Assembly: GCA_030248215.1 (NCBI GenBank)
Contig: JASANG010000443.1
Location: forward strand, 248,001 to 312,000
DNA: 64,000 nt
Direction: 5' to 3'
DNA from: Enoplolaimus lenunculus
Lineage: Eukaryota
The notes below the pieces were generated by a model. The model was not told the DNA's origin. It worked only from the letters and a program-made list of their open reading frames with translations, and ran no database searches. Below are positions 12,994 through 22,871 of the stretch, in pieces. The first letter of the stretch is position 1. Every line of letters starts with the position of its first letter. Position numbers and translations under genes: made by a program.

Positions 12994-14051
12994 ATGATTA
13001 CGGCAACTGCGATGTCACTGATTGGCTCAAAACTCGTTTTTGTCGCTATGATGATAGTTGCCGTATGCTTAATGTTTTTCCAACTCGGCCAATTAACAAT
13101 CGAATACGCCTCTGAACCAATAGCGTCCAGTATGAACTCGAAACAGCCGGATAAAATGCCAGAAATTATGTTTTGTCCTCGTTTCTGGATAAACGCATCT
13201 CAAGTGGAACGTTACAGTATATCACATCGTGCAATTGCGTTTGCAATTTCATTGCAACCGTTCGTGCGCGATATTAATTATTGGCTTGCACTAATTAACA
13301 ATTTTAACAATTGCGCACCTGGTGTGGGCTGTAGTCGAACGGCAAATATTGCACAAGAAGTGCAACTGCAGCATGAATACTACAGCATGCGGCGTGCGAT
13401 GAACGTAAGCTCACACGACGAGCTGATGCGATCGTTGGCTCTCGATCCAGACGCAGTTTTGAACAAAATTTCGAATCCGGCAAGTTTTTTAGATTTCAAT
13501 ATCAGTTTGAGTCTTCGTTTAACGCTAGGAATGCCTTGCTATCGCGCAGTTACAACACAAAAACTAAGCGTACTCAATAGTATGTACGAATTTTGGCCAA
13601 TCAAAGTTGTATTCTCTAACTCATCCGCAACTATGCCCGCAGTATCGCCAGTTGGTTGGTTATACTTTGGACCGAGTGGATCTACAATTTTTCCAAAAGG
13701 CGGCGCTGTTCTCATTAAGCCTGGCCGGTCTTATAGGATTCAGCTTCGTGCGACTTCATATCGACGTGTGTCCACACGTAAACGTCCGTGTATCCAACAA
13801 CACGAACAGTCACAGGTGGAGTGTGCTGTTCGCTGTTTTAACACTTTCCTTTGTGGAAACCGAATCTGTCAGTTGTATCTACCGGAATATGTTACCGGAA
13901 GCGTTGGAACGTCGCTTCCGTGTTCTTCGTTCAATTTGGGAACAAGGCGTCATTGTATCATGAAAGATGACCAATCAAAAATTGTTCAGAAGGAAGACGA
14001 ATGCATCAAACGTTGCCCGAGACCGTGTGATACAATTTCATATGATCATGG
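12994..14051 (+). CDS. DEG/ENaC subunit paralog 2, exon 1
   Basis: Colinear with the 6092-7378 protein (EYASEPIAS, MPEIMFCPRFWIN, LYFGPSGSTIFPKG, ECIKRCPRPCDTISY). Ends CAT GG|GTAAGT (phase-2 donor at 14052). First ATG is at 12994. Confidence 0.88.
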
Positions 14052-14155
14052 GTAAGTATTCGAGCAGGTGAAAATTACCTTGGCACAAATAACTGTATCT
14101 ATAATTTTTGTCAGCATTCACTCGTTTCATTCGTTGCTTAACCACGAACTTCATG

Positions 14156-14980
14156 CGGGGTTCACGATATAAATGGTGCAGCTGGGTCACGTTTTGTCAC
14201 GTTCTATATTTTGGGTAACATTTTGTCTGCGATGTAACCCAATATATAATATTCCAAAAACACTGGTTGTCTGCAAACAGGTATCGGTCACATTTTGTCT
14301 TGCAATATCATATGATATCCCCTACTTTGTCTGTCAAAACCATATGAATATTTTACGCGGGAACTTTAAATTTTGGGACGGGACGGAATATCATATGATA
14401 CTAACAGACATGTTCCGTTAGTATCATATAACATTACGAGACAAGTAAATAATAATACTAATAATATGGCGAGAAATTTTAATTTTGGCAGAAGAATTTA
14501 AAATTTGGAGGAAAAATTCAAATTTTGGCGGGAAATTCAAACTTTGGGGAAGTTCAAATTTTGGCGGGAAATTCAAACTTTGGAGAAGTTCAAATTTTGA
14601 CGGGAAATTTAAAATTTGGTGGGAAAATTCCAATTTTCGCAGAAAAATTTAAATTTTGGTGGAAATATTTAAATTTTGGCGGATTGCCTCATTATACGTC
14701 TTAAACTACAAAATAGAATATAATATGATACTCCAAATCCGTCTTGCTGAATATCATACATATGCTGTTAATTTGGAACATCATATGATATTCAACAATA
14801 ATGTTTGATAGTGTCATGTGACATTCAAACACTTGTATATTGAGATAACCTACAGCAGTATCACATGATATTCGACTTTTGTCTGTCCGTGTCATATGAT
14901 GGTAGCAAAAATATATATTGATGTCGAATTAACATGTGACAAAACGTGACCCGACTGCCCAGTTATAACGTAAACACCGC
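14156..14980. mobile_element. TIR element GCGGGGTTCACG(A/T)TATAA... with ATCATATGA-rich interior
   Basis: Left end GCGGGGTTCACGATATAAATGG; right end CCAGTTATAACGTAAACACCGC; AT on both sides. Related ends lie near 21251 and 33412. Confidence 0.6.
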
Positions 14981-16256
14981 ATCAGCAACGTAAAAAAAGC
15001 ATCAAAGTCGTTTAATCTTGTCAGATGAAAACAAAAGATATCAGGTACAACTGAAGGTTTGCCTCCGGCTCCGGCTCCTTCAAAAAATCGGCCTCCGGCT
15101 TCACTGGAATATATTCCGGAGGTTCCGGCAATTTTGGTAGCAAAATTTTGCATAATTTTGCAAAATTTATCTGTTTAGCGGGTTTCGTTTTACTTTTATC
15201 ACAATTTCGAAAAGAATTTACGAAATTTCGTAGAAAATTTGCGTAAAAACCAAACAACTTAACAACCTGTTCCAGGTATTGGCTAGAATTAACCAATTAA
15301 TCACGATTTTTACAACCAAATTTCGCCTCACCTCCGGCTCCGGCAAGTTTCGTTGACCTCGGGCTCCGGTATTTTTCACCTCCGGTTGCACCCTGAAAGA
15401 TAAAGACCTACCATGGACTATAAGCCAAGCTATGAGAACCTTGGAGTATGACAATCCGATAAGCCACAAGCTATAGTATAGCCTAAAAGCCTATAGCCTC
15501 AGTGTAGTCTGACAGCAAAATAAATAAGCTAGCATAGACTTTAAGGCTGCGCGGAAACTTTGGGATTCTAAGATTGTCAAACTCTAAGGTTCCTATATAG
15601 CTTGGCTTAAAGTGAATGAATGCTATACCTTTATTTGTTGTTGTAGACTACACTGGGCCTACACTGAAAAAAATGGTGAGTCAAATCGACTCTGTCCGAA
15701 ATAGGCTCTACGAAATTGAGAAATTGAGGCAAACTTCGACTCCGCCAGTCAAATTCGATTCACTGAATCGCACGTTTGACTCCTGTAGAGCCTATTTCGG
15801 AGAGAGTCAATTTGACTCACCATTTTTTTGCAGTGTATAGAGTTTTTAAACTGCGCGAAAGCTTAGGGCTTCTAGGATTGTCAAACTTTAATATCTATTA
15901 AATAGCAAAGATATAGCCAAGCTATATGAACCACATATAGTTTGACAGTCCTAGAATTACTAAGATTTAATAATCCTTAAAGTTTATAGCATCAATGTAG
16001 TCTAAAACAATATATAATACTATCACAGAACTTAAGCATGTAGCAGGAACGTGAAAGCATCAAAATTTTAGGCTAAAATTTAAGTCTATAATGAGGCGTA
16101 AAAACACAATTACAAAGTTGTTCACAATCTGGCCTAAAAAGTTTGGCTCCAAATCCACAGTCTAAAACTTGAAAAATTTCATAGATCACTATCAGCCCCT
16201 TTCCTCGAAGTACTGCGAATATACATGGTTTTTCCCGTAAATTTCTCCGAAACATA

Positions 16257-16329
16257 TGGCCACGCCGGCAATCGAACCTCGGACCTGTCGCTTGCGAGTC
16301 AAGCGCGCTACCCATTACACCACGCGACC
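16257..16329 (-). pseudogene. tRNA-like / SINE-head sequence (73 nt, CGC at anticodon position)
   Basis: GGTCGCG-TGGTGTAATGGGTAGCGC...GGTTCGATT...CGTGGCCA. A and B boxes, acceptor and D stems are present; anticodon and T stems do not pair. Confidence 0.6.
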
Positions 16330-16788
16330 GATATCATAATTTCCTCTGGTGCAATATGTGTACGAGTATATGTGTGTCTTTAACATTACACACGGTACAC
16401 CACGTATGCTAAATTAGCTTCTATTTTTCTGTTTCTGGTGAAAGTTCTGCCTAAATATATTCCTAAGTACAACTAATTCAAACTTTAAGTTTAAGTTTAA
16501 GTTTAAGTCCGAAGCGCTCGTTTGCCGAACACCCCGGGTTTTATTAAAAGGATAAACCACATTTACATCAACGAAAGCAATTATATAAACCAAAGAAGGC
16601 AACAACATATTATCATAACATAACAAAGGTCCTTGAAAATTACCCATTATTCTACTCTGCTTGCAAGGATATTATTCAGAGCAAATATGTTAAAAAGCAC
16701 ACAAGAAACCTAGTTTCAAAACAAACTACAAATCAGGTACGCTGAGAAAAAGACATTCGAAAACCCAGCATGCTATCATTCTGTCGGG

Positions 16789-19130
16789 TTATTGTTCCAA
16801 AAACCTTAAAAAACATTCTTCTTTTAGATACAGCTTAAGTTTGCACAAATTTCTATAAACATTTTCCTGAAAAACATCAACAACACAGACATTTTCATTG
16901 TTAAACTCTAGTTTACATCGAGCACTCCACATTGCCAATTGTGCATGTTGGACGATGAAATTAAAAGCTATTCTCTTTAATGGGTCGTGAATATTTCGTC
17001 CCAAAATTAAATCCGAAATCGTTATTTCATTTACTCCAGCTACCTGTTGCAAAACGGGAGTAATGAAAAAACTAATTTCTTGCGCCCGCAAACAATAAAT
17101 AAACACATGAACATTATCCTCCCGCACTTCAATTCCATCCAAATAACAAAACGAACATATATTTGTCCCATCTGTAAAATTACTAGTGCGGTGATTAGTA
17201 TACAATGACTTGTGTCTTAACCTAAAATGGACGTCTCGCGCAGAGCCGTCAACATATTTCGCTTTTGCCCATATCCATGATCGCTCGACAAAAATAGGTT
17301 CAACTCCTAGCTCGTCTCGCCAAAAAACATGTTTAGGATGCATGAGTCCCTTATACACAGCGTGTATCCACATTTTATACAATTTATTTGCCGACACTGT
17401 TTTTAAAGATAACTTTTCGCCAAAAAACCAACAAAAATTTCCATCCATTTTAAAAGATGACTCAATCATTGCAATCCGTATCTCTTTATATAACTCCGGT
17501 ACATCAATGCGTCTCAGTTGACGTTTAGTCGAAAACTGAACTTGCCGAAAGAAATGTTCGAAACATCTCTTCCAACTCACAACTTCGGTACCTCTTAATA
17601 TTCGAATATAAAACATTAAACGATTCACTTTCAGTCTGACAAAAATATTTGGGAAATTTATCCCGCCGTGACTAGGTTGTAAAAACAGGATATCCCTTCT
17701 AATAATACTAGCGGTGGACGGGTACCACAACCACTTATAAACCACATTGACAGTTTCCTTCACTAGTTGCTCAGGGGGTGTTACTAATTTTATCAAATAA
17801 TTAAACATACACAAAAAATATATGTGAACAAGATGGATTTTTCCAAAAACAGAGATACCTCGGGGCGGTATTCGCTGTTCAAGACTCACCTAGAACTGCA
17901 TCTGAGTCTGTTACTAACGTGCCATCAGACCTTTCGATCGAGCTTATATGCCTGGCTTCCCAGTTCTTACGTTGAAGAGACTTGACTGTTGCTAAAGAGG
18001 CGTTGTCATTTACCTCACTACCGTAGTACGTATTATGCCTGCAAGAAGCAATATAAAATGCATTCAATAATTCGATTTCATTTTTTAGCTTTTTAAGACC
18101 CGATCTGAGATTCGGATTGTTTGGATACTGTCCTATCAGCATTTGTACATTAATAACTTGGCTCTCTAATGATTTCCTCAACATGTCGCGTTCCTTAGCT
18201 TTATTTTTACCCAACTTTACAAAGAAGGTTTTAACATCAGCCTTAAATACTTCCCACATCATAGAAAACCCTGTGGAAATGTTCATTAAATGTTTGAGCA
18301 GCGTTGAAACAACGGTCTGTACGCCGACTTCACTCAAAAGCAATGTATTCATCTTATAGTATCCTTTACCTCTCTTTAAATTAGGTAAGCGAATCTTAAC
18401 TCTAAACAACCTATGATCTGTCTTGTTCACGGCGCGAGCGGTACACAAAGCGCCCGGTTGTAAAAAAGCCGGCATATAAATCCGATCTATACGAGACTGA
18501 CTTCCATGAATGTCTGAAAGAAAAGTAAAAAAGTCGTTTTTATTTTCGATGTGTCTCCCTAAAAACATCAGATATCACCAACAGTTCCTTCAAACAATAA
18601 AGCTCTCTCAGGCCTTGCTGCTGATCATATGACGGCCGTGATCGGTCCAAAACCGGGTCCTCAACTAAGTTAAAATCACCCAACATAATAACACATTTAT
18701 AATCAAACCAAAACGAATTTTGCACTTGTTGCATCAGCTGGTTGAAAAAAACTACTCGCTGCTCGCCGTTCGCGGGAGCATAAATACCAATTAAGAAAAA
18801 ACAAAGAGAGCCAATACTAAAAGCAATCGTGACCGCCCTACCCTGAATATTAAAAATGTTTTCAATTTGACCAACAGGAGCTGTCCTATTTATAAGGACC
18901 GTTACCCCTGTTTTACTATTCTCCTCGCTTGCGAAACTGTGAAATATTTTAAAATTGCGTGAGAAAATTCTATCAAAAATCTCTGCATCCCAATTGTTTT
19001 TAAAATGTGTCTGTTGCAGACAAATCAAATCCAAATCTTTTATCCTTTCAAAAACTATCGACACTTTTCGAAAATGCTTAATGGATCTGCAATTGAAACT
19101 GGAAAAAGAAAATAAATTTGGCAGATCCAT
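16789..19130 (-). pseudogene. LINE ORF2 remnant: APE endonuclease, linker and C-terminal zf-RVT region; RT core missing
   Basis: APE motifs SFNCRS, ICLQQTH, IYAP, LGDFN, SRIDRIY, TDH across two frames (frameshift near 18545). After DSDAVLGE (~17885) it jumps to post-RT sequence (GISVFGK, GGINFPNI, CSFC...EDNVHVFIYC). No QG/YADD-type RT motifs are seen. Confidence 0.85.
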
Positions 19131-19183
19131 ATTGACTCTCTTTCATATCAATTTAAGGCATGTAAAACAAAAAAAATGCACGT

Positions 19184-20857
19184 TCACATTGCAATGTTTG
19201 GCTTTTTGCCACTAATCACATCTGACTCTTCATACAACCGCTTAACACCTGTAACGCGAGAAGATATATCAGACGATGTGCTTACTGTTCTCACCTTTCG
19301 TAACATAATGTGTTCTCGCACAAGAGTCTGACAGTCACCATTTAAGTTTAAACTGCCAGGACGCCAGGTAACTCTATTTTGAGCTCGATTATCAGAGTGT
19401 CCACGGCCGCAGCTCCAAGGCCCCGGCCCAGGTACAGTCTCAACCAATAGACCCTCTGTTGACAATAGTGTGCGCCCAATCACATCACATTGTTGTGCTC
19501 GTGCAAAACAAATCGTATAAATTAATTCGAAAACGATACACAAATAATGTAACGTTGTGCCCGGCCAAACTATCTGACTATGTAAAAATTTTATTGATTT
19601 AGGATCGTCTGTTCCCCAAACTTTCTCTTCGATATCTTTGCGACCACTGAATCTCGCCTTCCACACTGCGACAAATTTTTCAGGAGATGAGAAAGACTCG
19701 CCCCAAACAGATACTGGATTGTCAACATGGAAATTCGAGAGACGATAATTGCTTGGATGTTTCGAATCAAAAAATGTTTTAACGCCTTCACCCTCAGGGT
19801 GAAATGGCGGAGACATCGATCGTTTCAAATGCAAATATCTATACCAAGCAGAAAAATTGAGAAAAGATTTCCCGGATTCTGGCAGTTTAGTCAAATCCAA
19901 CTTTCCATTGATGACTAAAGCTAATGGTTCTCTCACAATAATATCATTGTTAATGCTGGACTGAATATTTTTGATTAACCCCATCATAAAGTTACTGATA
20001 TCAAGAAACTGCTTGTTTGTATTTAACTTGCTGCGATCATTGTCTATCCCGGCTTTCATTTGTTGCCGTTGTTGTTGTAATTGTTGTTGTTGTATTTGTT
20101 GTTTCTGTTGCTGCTGTTGTTGTGACTGTTGTTTGGGTTCTTGCTCTTCTTGTTGTTGTTTAGCTGAGTTCGTGTCCACTTCAGTGTTGTTCAAAGCAGG
20201 AAAATCAACACAATCTAATTGTTCATGTCCAAATTTATAACATGATTTGCAATACCGACCCATACCCGGGTACCATGCCCGAATTATAATATATCCGCGC
20301 CTAAAATGAGGATCGCACCATTGGAGCCGAGGAGGTATTTTATAGTCGCGGCGGATCTGGACTAAGAAACTTCGACCACTTGAGATGTATTCACTTCCTC
20401 GATGCTTGATGAAACGACCAGGTTGCAAGCACTGAATATTTTGAGCAGCTAAGAAAGACTGTAGCGCTTTATCCGGAACTTCAAAGGGGACGCCATATAG
20501 ATGTAAAGTTCGAACAATAAAAGGAGATTGCAATGTTGCGTCGCGAGGAATTTCTAGAATTACCTCCGAGTCCCCAATTTTAATTGATTTACCCGCTGCT
20601 ATAGATGCAATGTCCTTGGATGGGAAAATAATTTTAACACTATTACTAAACTTCTCACCGCCCTGGACAGTGAAAACCTTATTAACAGCGTTCAGCACTT
20701 CTACGCACGTTAAGTTATTAAGACCATGATATTTAAGATTAGTTACATAGAGTGTTCTAGACCGTAATAAGTTCGCATAGTCCCCTTTTAATTCATTTGC
20801 ATCATTATTACCCTCGACGTCGTAATCCTGATTGTGATCAATTGCTGCCGTGTCCAT
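19184..20857 (-). CDS. LINE ORF1 protein (557 aa): RRM-like region, CCHC knuckle, poly-Q linker, C-terminal NADAR/YbiA-like domain
   Basis: LHLYGVPFEVPD (Tx1/L1 ORF1-type); CKSCYKFGHEQLDC = CX2CX4HX4C at aa 203-216; Q-rich aa 234-266; aa ~359-517 follows the NADAR motif order (LSNFH, FSSPEKF, WKARF, LLSTEGLLVETVP, WSCG, W-x-x-G-x-x-NLNG, LVRE). Confidence 0.85.
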   Translation of the reverse strand: MDTAAIDHNQDYDVEGNNDANELKGDYANLLRSRTLYVTNLKYHGLNNLTCVEVLNAVNKVFTVQGGEKFSNSVKIIFPSKDIASIAAGKSIKIGDSEVILEIPRDATLQSPFIVRTLHLYGVPFEVPDKALQSFLAAQNIQCLQPGRFIKHRGSEYISSGRSFLVQIRRDYKIPPRLQWCDPHFRRGYIIIRAWYPGMGRYCKSCYKFGHEQLDCVDFPALNNTEVDTNSAKQQQEEQEPKQQSQQQQQQKQQIQQQQLQQQRQQMKAGIDNDRSKLNTNKQFLDISNFMMGLIKNIQSSINNDIIVREPLALVINGKLDLTKLPESGKSFLNFSAWYRYLHLKRSMSPPFHPEGEGVKTFFDSKHPSNYRLSNFHVDNPVSVWGESFSSPEKFVAVWKARFSGRKDIEEKVWGTDDPKSIKFLHSQIVWPGTTLHYLCIVFELIYTICFARAQQCDVIGRTLLSTEGLLVETVPGPGPWSCGRGHSDNRAQNRVTWRPGSLNLNGDCQTLVREHIMLRKVRTVSTSSDISSRVTGVKRLYEESDVISGKKPNIAM

Positions 20858-21467
20858 TGGGGTTTGTGGTTGATAGTTAAGGTGGAAGTCTCCTCCGACA
20901 AAATACTGCCGCCTCCAGCAATACTAATGACATCGTGATCAATGGTTGTAGGCATTATTTAATATAAAAGTAAAAACTTTAATTTACAGTATCATATATT
21001 TTACAGGACATTCAGGCTAGTTTAGACAACCATGCAGACATTTTCAAACATGTCATATGATACTGACGGACAATATTTCGAATATCATATAATATTGCAG
21101 TACAGTAGTGGATGTCACATTAAAAGATAGCAGGCAATTCAAATTTTTTGAATTTGACAGCGGATTTACGTGTATACAAAATGTTGCCCGCTATTGTTAT
21201 AATAGGGACAAAACGTGTTCCAGGCTACCCCAGTTATAACGTGAACCCCGCATTATATAGTTAGAAAAAGCTATTGTAAACGATCATAGCATGGTTATTC
21301 GTTCATGAATATCGCAGGGTGCGACTAGGTCCACAGAATTTACAACGATTGCAAAGAGCGAGAAAACATTTTCGACTTTCTTACCCATACCCGCGTCATA
21401 AAAATAAAAGATCAGTCCGTTTTTCGTTTCCGTTATTTTTACAATCTGTTTTACGTTGTGCTTACAG

Positions 21468-21738
21468 GTACTACGTAGATCCGACCAAAATTGAAACCGA
21501 CATTGCAATAATCGATCTTGCATATTCGGAACCGTGGAATTGTTTGGAGTTAGTCGAGTTTCCAACGTTCACAATTGAGTCGCTCGTGTCGAATTTTGGA
21601 GGCGTCATTTCGTTGTTTTTGGGTGTTTCTGTGATGTCGGTGCTCAAAGCGATTGCAATGGTTGTCAACGAACAACTGACGATGGTTACGAAATTACAGC
21701 CGCCTTCGGAAATTACTTTAACTTTGAAGAAATACTAG
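21468..21738 (+). CDS. DEG/ENaC subunit paralog 2, exon 2 (TM2)
   Basis: CTTACAG|G acceptor is phase-compatible with exon 1 (GG+G = Gly). Encodes YSEPWNCLELVEFPTFT...LVSNFGGVISLFLGVSVMSV, matching paralog 1 (FADPWNCLQIAEFRT...). Joined CDS is 1329 nt, 442 aa. Confidence 0.88.
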
Positions 21739-22871
21739 CACCAGTACAGAAAACCTGATATTTTAAGTAGAATTTTTTATGTTTTATTTTTCTGTCAGCA
21801 CAATTATTGATTCCTGCAAATAACATGTGGCTTTTTAAAATATTTAAAGAGAAAATAGTATAATTTTACTGTAGTGACCCGAGGTGGGACTGATATTTAT
21901 TTAGCCAATCCAGAGGGTACCCCTCTGTTATTTATTTTTAACCCGCCTTCCGCCGCCCTTCCTTACTGATATAAATCCAGTATTGCAAGTACTCGTTAAA
22001 TTAAACGTTTATTAATCGCCTTGTATCAAAAGCTTGAGCGATAATACAAGGTTACATTTAAGAATGTACTTTCAAAACATAAGTATACTTTAAAGTTTTG
22101 AACTAAATTTTGTTTGGTACTGGAGTCATATATGCAGTACAACTAGAGAGATTTGACATTTGTAGACTCTAATTAGGGTTCAGGGATTCTAGATCTGTAC
22201 TCTTTAACTTATTAAAGTCGTCATATATTCAATTGAATAATGCATCATATTCACACCAAGAATAAACCTGGAATATCGTATGCTTAAAGTTTCAGCTCAT
22301 CTGAAACCGCATCATACAATGTTAGAGATCTTGTAGACATACAAAAACACTTAGCTAAACCTTTGCCTAAGGTTTTATTTAAACCAAAACCACCGCCTGA
22401 ACCTAACTACCTCTAAGCCTTAACGTTAAACTTGTGAAAAAGTGTTCAAACGCCTACAGCAAGTACAGAATACACTGTTGTACCACGTACAGCACAGATA
22501 CGAACAAAACTTGGGTTTAAGCCTGACAATTACCTAAACAAACCCGTGCTCGCAACTATGTTCGCTCCTGTGCGATACATGCGTAGCAATAGCGACGAAA
22601 GCATAAACACCAGTGATGACAATCTTTATAAGCCGCTATCAAATTCGTCCAATAACGTCTTCATGACAAAGTAAACCACACAATTCAATCTTAAGTCCAA
22701 CAAATTTCATATCATACTCAAAAATGAAGATACTTCTAAATAGAATAGACCGCCGTTAATTTAATCAACAGTTGGTGATAGCGCTATCACTATGAGGTCT
22801 CACAATTCACTAGATCTTTATAGCAGAACCAAAACTGTTACGTTTGTTATGATTTGCAAACCGAGACCGAA

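Larger units (their letters stand above)
16489..20973 (-). mobile_element. L1/Tx1-clade non-LTR retrotransposon, 5'-complete but RT-deleted
   Basis: ORF1 + APE endonuclease + post-RT region and C-terminal zinc finger; AATAAA near 16540-16545 (minus strand); 3' tail (CTTAAA)n; probable 9-bp TSD AAACTTTAA at 16480-16488 and 20974-20982. Confidence 0.9.

Noticed and set aside
16257..16329. Functional tRNA-Ala(CGC); likewise tRNA-Ser(CGA) at 30868-30939
   Set aside because: Anticodon and T stems do not pair properly, and the triplet differs among related copies.
17880..17895. GTGAGT donor-like motif at the RT-deletion junction, suggesting RT loss by splicing
   Set aside because: A used donor would have been removed with the intron; this cannot be evaluated without a full-length copy.
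19971..20240. Poly-Cys ORF resembling a metallothionein
   Set aside because: It is the antisense reading of the ORF1 poly-Q (CAA/CAG) tract.
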